The notes below the pieces were generated by a model. That model searched no databases and was not told where the DNA came from. It was given only the letters and a program-made list of their open reading frames with translations. From Callorhinchus milii (taxonomy: Eukaryota), in assembly GCF_018977255.1 (NCBI RefSeq), contig NW_024704742.1, forward strand, positions 97,900,001 through 97,964,000: DNA of 64,000 nt, written 5' to 3'. Positions 1 through 11,741 of the stretch are shown here, piece by piece. Position numbers and translations under genes: made by a program. Each line of letters begins with the position of its first letter. Within the stretch, counting starts at the first letter, position 1.

Positions 1-723
1 ATTTTTGTTATCGTGGCATGGTGCAATGTTTGTCATTGTACATGACTTCCAAGTTCTGTCACAGGAAGCCACGATAAAAACTCACTAGTTGAAAGCACTT
101 TGTGTGCCAGAGATCTGTTAAAGATTGCATTGGCGTTAATATTTTGCTCAGCTGTAAAGGAAAAATAAATGTTTTTTTCCTCTGGACTGAGAGCCCCTGC
201 CATAACTATTTAAAGACGGACAAAGACGGTCTCTAGGACAACACGCTTGTACACAAAAGAATTGTGATGTTGCGTTTGCTAAATGTTTTGCTTCACGGAA
301 TAGTCAAGCACATTTCGATTGAACAATGAAAGTGGAAAGTTGGCTGACAGAAGCACGCTCGAATTATGCTACCTGATGGTGAAATTTTCCCTGGTGCTCA
401 ATTTAATATTCAAGAGGAATAAAATTCCATTATTAAACTTTGAGATGTTGGCAATGCACATCAATGGGAACAATATATCATCAATATGCTCTAAAAATGT
501 ATTAAAATGAACACGTGATATTTCTTTCCTTTATTCAAGGACTATAAAACGTCTGAGGCCCCAAATTTCATCTGGTCTTAGCCTGCAGCACTAGTTTGAA
601 TAAAAATTTAAGATTGCACAGAAATACAAAAAATATTTAAATTAGGCTTAATTTGGAAGTTGATTTTTTTTTACGAACTAGCCAAAAACTGGCTTCCATA
701 ATAATCAATCAAACCAATCAAAC

Positions 724-1832
724 TACATTTGTATAGCACCTTTCATGTCGGAGGACGTCCCTAGGTGCTGGACAGTCAGTGTTTCAGACCCAAGCTGGGG
801 ATCGGGATTGGAGAGGGTGGAAGGAGGTTGACCAAAGACATGGTTGAAGAGGATGGGCTTGAGATGAGCCTTGAAGGAGGCAAGGGAAGGGGTGAGATGG
901 AGGGACTGTGGGATGGAGTTCCAGAGGGTGGGGGCAGAGTGGTTGAAGAGGCAGGGGACGTGAAGCAGGCCAGAGCCCTCTGAGCAGAGGGAACGGGCAG
1001 GTTGGTAGGGGGTTAGGAGGTCACAGAAGTAGGGGGGAGCAAGTGAGGACCAGAATCTTGAACTGTATCCTCTGTGTGACAGGAAATCAGTGGAGTCGGG
1101 TGAGGATAAGGGTGATAGGGTCACGGAGCCTGATGCGAGAGAGGACACGGGCTGCAGAGTCCTTGATTATCTGCTGCCTATGGAGGGAGGAGTTGGGGAG
1201 ACTGACAAGCAGGGAGTTTGTGTAGTCGAGCCTGGATGTTATAAATGCACATATGAGGGTCTCAGCGGCCTGTGGAGTGAGACAGTGGCGGAGCCGGGCA
1301 ATGTTACAGAAGTGGGGAAAGGCGGAGTGGGTCATAGAATTGATGTGGGGTATGAAGGACAGTTGAGGGTCAAACAGGAGATGTAGAATGCATTCATGGA
1401 GCGAGATGCTGTCAGTGTCCGTGGTATGGAGGCGCTGACCTGAGCCAAGCAAGAGGGCCTCGGTTTTGTTGATGTTCAACTGCAGGAAGTGAGCGCTCAT
1501 CCAGGAATTGATGCCCGACAGGCAGTCTGTGAGGTGGAATTGAGGGTGGAGGCAGAGAGGTAGAGTTGGGTGTCATCTGCATACATGTGGAAGTTGACCC
1601 CATGTCTGCAGATGATGTTACCAAGGGGGAGCAGATAGATATTGAAAAGGAGAGGGACAAGGACAGAGCCCTGAGGGATGTTGCACGTGTCAGTGCGGGG
1701 GCTGGAGAAGAAGCCGTTAGTGGCGGCAAAGTGGAGAGGGTGGGCGAGGTAGGACTCGAACCAGGCAAGGGCAGGACCGTGAATGTTGAGCTGATAAAAG
1801 AGGCGATGTAGGACGATGGCATGGTCGACAGA
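724..1832 (-). mobile_element. L2-clade LINE, 5'-truncated (RT C-terminal half plus 3' stem-loop tail), frameshifted
   Basis: Minus ORFs give PQGSVLVPLLFNIY...NFHMYADDTQLY and FITSRLDYTNSLL. The 3' end matches the other L2-A tails in the window. Confidence 0.9.
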
Positions 1833-2026
1833 AGGATAAATTGAAGAATTTTTCACAATTCTGCACCAACTTAAATTAGTTTAACAGACTAAGAATAAAT
1901 GATGTTTCAGGCCTATTAATTATCCTAAGATCATAAGAGGGGTTCAAATGAAAAAGCTCTTTGGTCCATTCACATCTTCAAGACTGAGGTGGGTTAGCTA
2001 TTTGTTAAATCAGGGTATTAAGGGAT

Positions 2027-3020
2027 ACAACAGCAACAACTTGCACTTATATAGCACATTCCACACAGGGTAGTGTCTCAGAGCTTAACAGTGGTGGAGC
2101 CTGACTCTGAGCCGGGGGTGGGGAGGTGGCCATAAGCATGGGTTGAAGAGAAAAGTTTTCAGGCGTGACTTGAAAGAGGGGAGAGGGGGCAAAGCGGAGG
2201 GATTAAGGGAGAGTGTTCCAGAGTTCTGGGGCATAGTGGCTGAAAGCACGATCTCAAATGGTGGGGCAGAGAGGCGAGGGACGAGCAGGAGGCCAGTGCC
2301 AGTTAAGCGGAGGTTCCGGGTGATGGATTGGGGAGTGAGGAGGTCGGAGAGAGGTGCCAGTGAATGAATGGATTTGAACACGAGTGCGAGGATTTTGAAG
2401 TTGATCTATTCGGTGATGGGGAGCCAGTGGAGTCTGGCCAGAACTGGTGAGATGTGGGTACAGAGTTTGGTCCAGGTCAATGCGGGCAGGGGAGTTCTGA
2501 ATGAGTTGGATCGTTTGAATAGTGGAGCTGAGGAGACCGGTGAGGATTGCATTTGTGTAATCCAAGCGGGAGGTGACAAACACATGCACGAGGGTTTCGG
2601 CTGCATTTGGGATAAGGTACAGTCAGAGGTGACAATTTGGCGGAGGTGGAAGAAGGCAGCGACCAGAAATGGGGTAGGAAGGACAACTGGGGGTCGAACC
2701 GGACGCCCAGGTTGCGCACTGGTTTGGTGAGTCTGAGGGAGAGCCCAGGGAGGTTGAGTTGTTTGGATTCGTAGGAGTGAGGATGTTGACGGGAGCCAAA
2801 GAGTATGGCTTCCGTTTTATCCATATTCAGCTGCACTCATCCAAGCCTTGATGTCTGCCAGACAAGCTGATAGAACATCGGTGGACCTGGAGTTGGTACT
2901 GGAGGAGGCAAAGTAGATTTGTGTGTCATCCACATACATGCGGAAATTTACCCAGTGTCTGCGGACGACATCGCCCAGAGGGAGCATATAGATAAAGGAA
3001 AGAAAAGGGATACAGGGCAA
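2027..3020 (-). mobile_element. L2 LINE, second subfamily (L2-B), truncated
   Basis: NFRMYVDDTQIYF and VTSRLDYTNA motifs; (CAA)n tail; similar to 44330-45630 and 60820-61415. Confidence 0.88.
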
Positions 3021-3030
3021 GGTACATATC

Positions 3031-3097
3031 AGCCATGATCTTATAGAATGGCACAACAGGCCGAGGGGCTGAATTGCCTACTCCTGTTTCTATGTTT
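3031..3097 (+). mobile_element. CR1-type LINE/SINE 3' tail fragment
   Basis: gaatggcacaacaggccgaggggctgaattgcctactcctgtttctatgtt; near-copy at 62085-62156. Confidence 0.7.
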
Positions 3098-3119
3098 GAT
3101 CTGAACCTTGCAGAACACC

Positions 3120-3745
3120 CACCCCACTGTTCTCCCATCACAGAGTCAAGCTGTTTTTGATTGAGTCCAGTATCCTGGCTCAGCCATCCATCATTGTAAC
3201 CTTTTCCAGTTGTTAGTTACCCTCTTGGTAAATAAATACTTCCTGGTGTCTATCCTGAAATTGCCCTTTTGTAATTGTAAACCTGAGCCCTCTTCGTCTG
3301 TTGTCTTAGCACATCTACAAGTATTGGTCTGAGTTTAATAATAATAATAATCCTTGCATTTGATATAGCGCTTTTCACGTCGGGAGGACGTCCCAAAGTG
3401 CTTCACAGAACACACTGTAAAGTGAATTGACTGTATATTTGTGGGTGAACACGGCAGCCAATTGCGCACAGCAATGTCCCACAAACAGTCGTAGATTGAA
3501 GATGACCAATTTATTATTGTTTTTGGTTTTGGAGGGATTATTATTAGGGGTGTGGAGTAAGGAAACCTGCCCAAGATTTCGCCCTGCCTGGAATTGAACT
3601 CAGGTCTCTTGCTTGCAAAGCGAGTGCTCTAACCACTGAGCTACAGGTTTACTTTCCCATTTACAATTTTATATGCCTCTATAAGATCCCCTCTGAGAAT
3701 TCTCATTTCAAGACTGAGATTTTCTCAATCCATAGTTACTCATGC
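3120..3745 (-). mobile_element. Old CR1 ORF2 C-terminal relic, interrupted by a SINE
   Basis: Minus strand translates to KGNFRIDTRKYLFTKRV-like CR1 end; homologous to 30200-30740. Confidence 0.7.
3336..3647 (-). mobile_element. Young tRNA(Ala)-derived SINE, short subfamily with CTCCC tail loop
   Basis: A box TAGCTCAGTGG, B box GTTCAATTCC, Deu-like body, L2-type tail with (TTA)n; highly similar to 29854-30172 and 40765-41083. Confidence 0.92.
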
Positions 3746-4495
3746 AACGATTCTGTTGGGAACACTTGTTGGGTAGAAATAATACTTGGAATGTTGTACA
3801 TAAATCACTTCCCTTTCAATTCAGCTGTTATTTAAATATGCAATGCCTCCCTTGGTGTTCCTTGTTTTATTTGGCTTCTAAATCTGTTTTCCCTGCGGAG
3901 TAAACAGAAAAACAATATGATGCCTATTACATTCAGAAGTGCTGCACAGCGTCCTGGGTTAATTTCTGCCTCACCAATCAAAGCTTTTGTGACCCATGTC
4001 AAGGTGAGATCAGTTTCTCAGGAAATCTTCTGAAGCAAACAATGTGGGTGGCAGTAATAACTAGGCCATCTCGGTCACCTCCCACAGGAACCAGCAAGTC
4101 ACCTGAGAGAAAGGTCATCTGACCTCTCCCTCCATTTGCCGCCAACAGCCCTTTCATATCGTTATCTTCTACCAGCAAATGCAAATTCCCATGGCCAAAC
4201 CCTCCTGGGTTTCTCTGAACCAGGAGGCCATCTGCTAATACAATCATCCCACTTAAAGTGGCAGTGTTCCCCAGTCACTGAGGACTCTGCGAGACTGTTA
4301 CTTCTTACACGGTTGATGCACATGGTCTGAGTTTGAGAAACTACACACTTAGTGGCAAGTTAGGTTGTTCCTTCAGACTCTTTTATACAAATTTTTTTTT
4401 CTCAAACTACGATAGATCTGCTGCAGAAATGCACTTATTTCATAGCTTATTTATGTGAATTAGACCCACACCATAGTGCAGCCATTTGAGGTTAT

Positions 4496-4600
4496 AAATA
4501 ATCCTTGCATTTGATATAGGCTTATCACATCATCAAAATGCCTCAAAGAGCTTCACAGGATATACCATAAAGTGGATTGACTGTGTATTTATTGGGCGAA
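4496..4600 (-). mobile_element. SINE 3' fragment (~105 bp)
   Basis: taatccttgcatttgatatag...gactgtgtatttattgggcgaa matches the SINE tail. Confidence 0.8.
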
Positions 4601-4934
4601 TAAAAGGTCTTACCCTGATCTAAATTGCAAAACAAAGATTAATTAATATTTGGGTATGTATGAAATTCTCACAAGACTACAAGAGAGGTTATAATGAAGA
4701 AGAGGCCCATTTGATCTCATTTTTCAGAATACACAACCTTCTATGTTCCCATCACAGCATCAAACTTTTTCTTAAATGAATTTTAACCACAGATCTTCGT
4801 AACCTGTTCCAGTCATTTGATCGCTTGTGTTAAATAAATACTTCCTATTGTCTATCCTAATTGCAACCTCAACCTGTGCTGTATATGAAAGTATTGTTCT
4901 AGGTTTATTTTCTTAATCCCATTTACAAATTCAA

Positions 4935-5473
4935 TTAGTCATTCACTTCATGGCTGTTTGTGGGACATTGCTGTACACAAATTGGTTGCGGCATTCGCCT
5001 ACAAAATACAGTCACTATATTTTACAATAGGAGTCCTGTAGCTCATTGGTTAGAGCACTTGCCTCGCAAGCGAGACCTGGGTTTGATTCCCGGGTAGGGC
5101 AAAACATTGGGCAAGTTTCCTTACTCCACACACCTCTTTTTACCTAACAGTAAATAGGAACTCGGTTGTTAGTCGATTGGCGGATCGCTTTTCTGGGGGT
5201 AATAATTCCTTCAAAAAAATAGTAATAATAAATTTGTCATTCAATCCATGGCTATTTGTGGGGCACTGCTGTGCAAAATTGGCTGCCACATTTCATCCAC
5301 AAAATATAGTCGATTCACTTTACTGTATCTTCTGTGAAGCACTTTGAGATGTCTCAAAGACATGGTAAGGCACTGTACCAAATGCAAGGATTACTATTAT
5401 TAAATCCTGTGAAGCACTTTGAGCCATCCTCCCTGCATGAAAGTAGCTATGTCAAATGCAAGGATTATTATTA
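4935..5473 (+). mobile_element. Old Deu-SINE 3' half hosting a younger SINE; itself within an old minus-strand CR1 relic (~4695-5670)
   Basis: ggctgtttgtgggacattgctgt body stops at ~5029 and resumes at ~5403 with aaatcctgtgaagc...gcaaggattattat. Confidence 0.75.
5030..5402 (+). mobile_element. tRNA(Ala)-derived SINE, long subfamily
   Basis: ggagtcctgtagctc head, CGC anticodon loop, extra ~65-bp internal segment, Deu-like body and tail. Confidence 0.9.
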
Positions 5474-5964
5474 TGTTTAAATCTTCCTCAGACATGCTCT
5501 TTCCAGACTGAAAAGCCTTAGCTTGTGTAATCATTGCTCATAGCTCATTGCTTTAAAACTTTAACATACTGTATTTGCTACTTTCTTCTGCAATGCATCC
5601 AGAACCCAGGCAGTTCCTTTAAGTTGCAGAGTTTTGCATACCAGAACTGTATGTAATACTGCAGGCTTGGCCTGCTCTTATCCTGCAGCAAGTCACCTGT
5701 TGTTTTGCAAAAGAAAGAACTTGCATTTTTTACAGCAACTTACCACCACAAAACAGCACTTTAGTACTTTATAAGTAATTACTGTCAAATGTAATCACTG
5801 TTGTTGTAAGCAAATATGGGAGCCATTTTGATCACAGCACAGTCATTAAGGGAATGACTGATTCATCGGGATGATTGTTATCCAGGGAACAGAGAAACTC
5901 ACTTCTCTTTTAAAATAGTGTAATAGGATGTTTAAAATTGACCTGAATTGGTAGTTTACTGCCT

Positions 5965-6521
5965 GCCAGTTCACTGCTCCCCACTCGACAGAGTTTCCAA
6001 TTCTTCCCTCCATAAACTGTAGATTATTCAGAACTCTGCTGCTTGTGTCCTCTCCTACATTAAACTTTATGAGGCCAAACAGCTCCATCCTTGCCTGGCA
6101 TCACCACCCCCCAGAGGATCGAGTTTAAGATCCTTGTCCTCACCTTTAACGCGTTCCATGGTCTTGCTCCTCCCTACCTCTGCAACCTACTAAAACTTCA
6201 CCAACCTGTCTGCTCCCTCGGCTCTGCAGGCACATTCCCCCACCCTGACTGCTCCACTATCAGCGGTTGGGCCTTCAGCCACTCTGCCCCCACCCTCTGG
6301 AACTCCATCCCGGAACCCTTTGGCTCACCCCCTCCTTTGCCTCCTTCAAGGCGCATCTCAACCGCTTCATTTTCGACCGTGTCTTTCCTCCTCCAACTCC
6401 CTTGCCCTCCATCCCTCTCTCATCCCAACACCTAAGTCGGGTGCAAATCCCTCATTGTCCAGCATCTTGGAACGTCCTCCCATTGTGAAAGGCACTATAT
6501 AAATGCAATTTGTTGTTGTTC
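5965..6521 (+). mobile_element. L2 LINE 3' fragment
   Basis: QRIEFKILVLTFNAFHGLAPPYL and APTLWNSIP motifs; tail ataaatgcaatttgttgttg. Confidence 0.88.
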
Positions 6522-7184
6522 TTATGTGAAGGATGGAACCTCTGACAATGCGGTGTTCCTCTAGACTACACTGCAGTCTCAGCCTTGACTATGAGCTCAA
6601 ATGAGAGAAAATCTCACACCCTCCACCTGGCTGGGGAGTTTCAGGTCAATGGGCACACTAACTAAATCTAGTTAAAATCCCTGTGAGATCCCATTCTATT
6701 TGGATTGTCCAATTTCAAATTGGTTCTAATCTGTGTAGGGGTAGAGGCACGGAGATTAAATAGGAACAATGTAAGATACATTGCAATTCTATGAATGTGC
6801 AATGCAATTTTTAGCTGTGTTTTAGCTATACTAACATCTGAACACAGTATATTTACTTCTGAAAGCCTATTTTAAAATAAAATCTTTGAGTTCTCTAACA
6901 CACATTGGACCCCTCATCCTTGTCATTCCCACTTTAGTCTCTAAGTACGTAGTATAAAGCTTGAATGCCTGGCAATCTTGCATTTAATGTTAACAAAAGG
7001 CAATAGATAGGGATGAAGCACTTGTTCTGTGGGCATATGCAACAATGAGCTTTTTACATTGGTCAGGCAACTTAACAATCAATATAAAAATGATAAGAGT
7101 GCAAAAAAGCTAGTTAGTAATACTTTTGTTTGAAATACTGCCTTATCATATCAAAATGGTTCAATGTGCTTCACACAATGAGTT

Positions 7185-8300
7185 ACTTTCTTTCTTTCCA
7201 TTCCCTCTTTGAACCCCTCCAATCCGGCTTCCGCACTGCCCACAGCACGGAAACAGCCCTGGTCAAAGTCACCAATGACATTCTGAGCGTCTGTGATCAG
7301 GGCTCCCTCCTCGACCTCTCTACTGCCTTTGACACTGTCGACTACTCCATCCTCATACACCACCTTTACTTAATCTTCGAGGACCTGCCCTTGCCTGGTT
7401 CGATTCCTAGCTCTCTCACCATCTCCACTTTGTTGCCTTTAACGGTTTCTCCTCCAGCCCTCGCACTGTCACATCTGGCGTCCCCTAGGGCCCTGTCCTT
7501 GGCCCTCTCCTCTTTAATATCTACATGCTCCCCCTTGGTGACATCACCCACAGACATGGAGTCAACTCCATATATATGTGAATGACACCCAACTCGTATC
7601 TTTCTGCCTCCACCCTCAACTCCAGGACCACTGCTGTCCTGACAGACTGCCGGTCGGACATCAAGTCCTGGATGAGGGCAAATTTCCTACAGTTGAATGT
7701 GAACAAGACTGAGGCCCTCCTGATTGACTCGCGCCAGCGCCTCAGCACCTCAGGCTCTGGCAACATCAACCTCCATGGTTGCACACTTCAACTCACCAGC
7801 CAGTCAGGAACCTCGGTGTCTTGTTCGATCCTCAACCGTCTTTTCTCCCCCACATCCAAGCCATGCCCTGCTCTGCCTTCCCTCACCTCTGTAACATCGC
7901 CCGACTCCACCACTACCTCACCCCTCAGGCCACTGAAACTCTTGTTCAAGCCTTCATCGCATCCAGGCTCGACTATGCAAATACCCTGCTTGTCGGCCTT
8001 CCCAACTCCTCCCTCCATAGGCTGTATATAATCCAGAACTCTGCAGCCCATGTCCTCTCCCGCACCAAACTCCATGACCCCATCTCCCCCACTCTCACCT
8101 GACTCCATTGGCTCTCTTCAGAGGATCCAGTTCAAGATCCTGGTCCCCACCTACAAAACCCTCCATGGCCTCGCCCCATCCAACCTCTGCGACCACCTAA
8201 CCGGCTACCAACCCGCCCACTCCCTCCACTCATCCGGCTCCGGCCTACTCCACCGCCCCACCCACCCCACCATTGGCGGGGGACCCATTAGTGACTGCAG
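7185..8300 (+). mobile_element. L2 LINE RT fragment, multiply frameshifted
   Basis: [46 protein letters not shown]. Confidence 0.9.
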
Positions 8301-8321
8301 CACCAGAGAGCTGTGACAAGA

Positions 8322-8433
8322 ATAAATATAATAATCCTTGCATTTGATATAGTGCTTTTCATGTCTTCTAGATGTCTCAAAGCTCTTCACAGAATAGACT
8401 GTAAAGTGAATTGACTGTACATTTGTGGGCGAA
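8322..8433 (-). mobile_element. SINE 3' fragment (~110 bp)
   Basis: Tail plus body, ending at gtgggcgaa. Confidence 0.85.
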
Positions 8434-8574
8434 ATCAAAGATTTCAATCAAGGATGCATGTCAATCTGGTTTAGTCAGTACTACAGGCAATGGTCCTAGT
8501 CTACTGCACTGCATGACGCAGGTGGCTTTGTAACTTTCCACCAGGTGCTTCTTCAAATGAAGCACCGACTGTCA

Positions 8575-9330
8575 GCTTGAGTCAATGAACACTGGGAAGC
8601 TTCCAACAAACTGGAAATAATCACAGGTGGCTTCCCTATTCAAGGAGGACGCCAATGACAGATCTATTTGACCTATCTCAATAGCTGTAAAACTTAATGA
8701 ATCAATAACCAGAAATACAATATTTTCATCTCTATGAAAATATATTAAATGACAGTCAACACACTGAGAGGAGCTAGATTTTGCCTGACCAACCACATAG
8801 CTTTTGTTGAAGTGATGCCCCCCTAAAGATGTGCCTAGATATCCAAAATACCTTTGATAAAGTGATATATGTGAGACTATTTAAAAAATCATATCATTGC
8901 ATACAAAGCTAAGATATAAATCTGGAATACTGTAGAAACTAGCTCAAGGGAATTAGCAGGGGGTAGCAAGTAGAGCTTGTTTGAAACTGAAGGGTGAGTT
9001 ATTAAGCAGCATACTTCAGGACTCATGCTAGGACCTCATTTTATTTTGAGACACCAACAACAATTTGCATCTATATTAAGCGCTTTGAGACGCCGCCGGC
9101 ATGGAGGGCACTATATAAATCCAAGTTGTTGTTATATAGTGCCCTTCACATACGTTAACTTCTTGGCAAGGGGCACTGAGCAAAGAGAGGAACCAGCCAA
9201 CGTCTTACAGAGAGCTTAACATGAAACGCATCTGGATTCAATATAGATAAATGCAAGTTTCTGTACATAGGAAATAAAATGTGAAGAACATGTACTCCAT
9301 TTGGATGTGTCAGAACTTGTCAATGGAGAT
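8575..9330 (+). mobile_element. Highly decayed CR1 RT relic
   Basis: GKLPTNWK, LDIQNTFDKV (cf. LDFQKAFDKV) and FNIDKCKFLYIG remnants. Confidence 0.55.
9055..9150. mobile_element. 56-bp L2 tail (+) inserted into an L2 tail (-)
   Basis: TATAT duplicated at 9072-9076 and 9133-9137. Confidence 0.7.
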
Positions 9331-10334
9331 GTTGAGAGACCTAGTCGAGTGGTTCCTCACTTGTTAAAAATAGAGTGGAGAAAGGCAAGTTGCTGAGAAC
9401 TATGTGACAGCTGTGGTGCAATGCTCAGTTTTTGATCTGTTGAAAAATCTTATGGCAAGTGCACTTTCATGGCAAAATGCAACATTTCTGCCTAGTTTTC
9501 CCTCTTCTATATTCCAAAGTAATGACCATTTAAACATTACAAAAATGGACAATTGGTGAAACTGGGGTCAGCAAGCTTGAGCTTTTGCCCCAAGAGGTGA
9601 ATCTTCAGAAATCACTTAAATGTCAGAGGATGAAGAAAAGCAAATAATACCTTTATTTATTCAGTTTGCTCAAATTTAATAATCAGTTGTTCACCGGCTG
9701 AGGTAAATTAATCATCTGTATAAGCCCCGGTGCCTCAAGAACTGAAAATAAGGTCTAGCTGTCAAAGTCAGAATGTGCTCTGCCAGAAAGAATAATTACA
9801 TCTTCCTGATTTTTGTGTATTTTGCCACCTCTATACGGTGGCCTGAAATAAAACACAACACCATGGTTCTGTGTGAACTCTGTAGCAGGGAAAAGGCTAG
9901 TGGTTAATGAACCTTTCCTTTGACAAATAAATTAAAGATTTGGTATCTTTCTTCAGCTTGTGTGGAAAAAAAAGGTGGGTTCTTAGATCATATATCAGGA
10001 GCCATACTGGTCAAAACATTAAAGTTTATATTATGAAAGGAATCATTTTGCAATTTATTTTAATAATGGAACGTGAAAAGTGAAGTAAATATGGAATGAG
10101 GAGACATTAAATTAACATGTCAAAAGTTGGATACAGACTAAGATTCCCTAGAAGAACATAATGAAAAGACTGAATGGTGCTGAAATAGACAAAAGTGGAA
10201 CTGGGAATAGTTTTTAAATAGATAATCTCTGTATAAAACAGAACTAGCAGGAGAGACCACATGGCTATGAATATAAACAGAACAGCGCAGAAGATTTTCT
10301 ATTGACTCCTGGAATTTAGCAGAACATTATAAAA

Positions 10335-10563
10335 CCTGCACTCTCTGGAACTCCATCCTGAAACCCTTCCGACACATCCTCCCTCACCTTTTTCATGGTC
10401 CATCTCAAAGCCTACCTCTTTGACTGAGCCTTCAGTCATCTTCCCCTCCCCATTCCCCTTCGCTCCAACTCCTAGCTCGGCTACCAAGCCAAGGCTGTCA
10501 AGTAACTCGGGATGCCTCCCGATGTGAAAGACGTTATATAAATGTAAATTTGTATTGTATTGT
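10335..10563 (+). mobile_element. L2 3' fragment
   Basis: ctctggaactccatcc...gtgaaagacgttatataaatgtaaatttgtattg. Confidence 0.8.
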
Positions 10564-10644
10564 AGGAACACTCGAGGCTTACAAATGGATTGTGTTTGCA
10601 TTTCAACACAAAGCCATTCTTCCTTGAAATTTCTATTGATCAGC

Positions 10645-11010
10645 TGGATGTCTGTCAGATCCAGAAACCCATCACCATGCTTAAGAGTATCCAAATCAGA
10701 CTGAAAGCTCCACAGATGTAAGCCACTTTCAGATTGACATTTACTCGTGTTTGGAATGAAACGCTCACTCTCTCGCTGAGAGGGGTGCAACCATCTTACC
10801 TAATTCTGAAGAGTATTAGATGGAGGTTGGCAAGAGCCAAGGCTTGGGAATTCCAGAGTGTGATTATAAAAGCTGTTGGAGGGTAACCAGCTAAAGCATA
10901 ACCTTGTGAACACTTTCTAGTAAATTTCCTGCTGCTTGTCCAGCTAGGGAAGAAGTGGAAAGAATTCCTGGAGAGGTACATCCCCTTGGTTTATACCAGC
11001 CCAGCCAGCC
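10645..11010 (-). repeat. Unclassified dispersed repeat (family X) copy
   Basis: Reverse complement aligns with 53745-53960, 24510-24750 and 47105-47555. Confidence 0.7.
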
Positions 11011-11464
11011 CATCTCTCCCTGATGAAGTGAAGGGCATTAGGGCTCCATTGACAAACCCTTTCAAATGAATTGCTAAAGAAAAAAAAACTTGTCATGGAA
11101 TTTTTGAGAAAGGTTAATATTTTCTCCTTGTAAGTTGCAGTTTATGATTGTTTAATGGTACCCAATTGCTGGGCCCCCGTAGTACCTCAGCCAACAGCTA
11201 ATTTTTCATGTGTGATTCCAGACAGCAAATATCAGCAGGTTAATAAATAACAATTCTTGCATTTGATATACAATAGTACCTATCAGCTTGGGAGGATGTC
11301 TCAATCGCATTTCAGTCTCAATCACACTTTAGTTACTCAGTCATTCATAGAAATTCACTGGAAAGAAGTTTATTCAACCCATCACGTCAAAGGGATGGTT
11401 AACTCTAAGGATAAGTACTTATTTCCTCAGGGAGGGTTGCTTCGACCAATTTGTTGAACTCGCA

Positions 11465-11545
11465 CTGTTCCCCTAGCTGAGATCAACTCACTCAGGCACA
11501 GCCGAAGGATCAAATCTGTAACCTTCCTGTCCATAAGACTTTGAT
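11465..11545 (-). mobile_element. Ancient AmnSINE2-like head fragment
   Basis: Minus strand gacaggaaggtt...ctgtgcctgagtgagttgatctcagct resembles 20560-20610. Confidence 0.45.
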
Positions 11546-11741
11546 GCTTACAGTGTGACTTAACCATCACAGTAACTTAACCATTGCAGTGACTTAACCA
11601 TCAGGAGGGTTTGGAGTTATTGTCTTTAGTAACTTACGAGACACTTTACACAGAATCTTTCTGCTTCACACACTGGATCACTGATCAAAGCTGTCCTCTC
11701 TTTCCACACACAATAGACATGAGGCAAATGTGTGGATCAAT

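Noticed and set aside
3335..3574. Recurrent ORF MGKFPYS...YIKCKDYYY as a peptide family
   Set aside because: It is an incidental frame of the SINE consensus with a non-ATG start; no evidence of coding selection.
11553..11603. 17-bp x3 repeat, and small duplications at ~29060 and ~62949, as CRISPR-like or functional arrays
   Set aside because: No spacers; these are ordinary slippage duplications in eukaryotic DNA.
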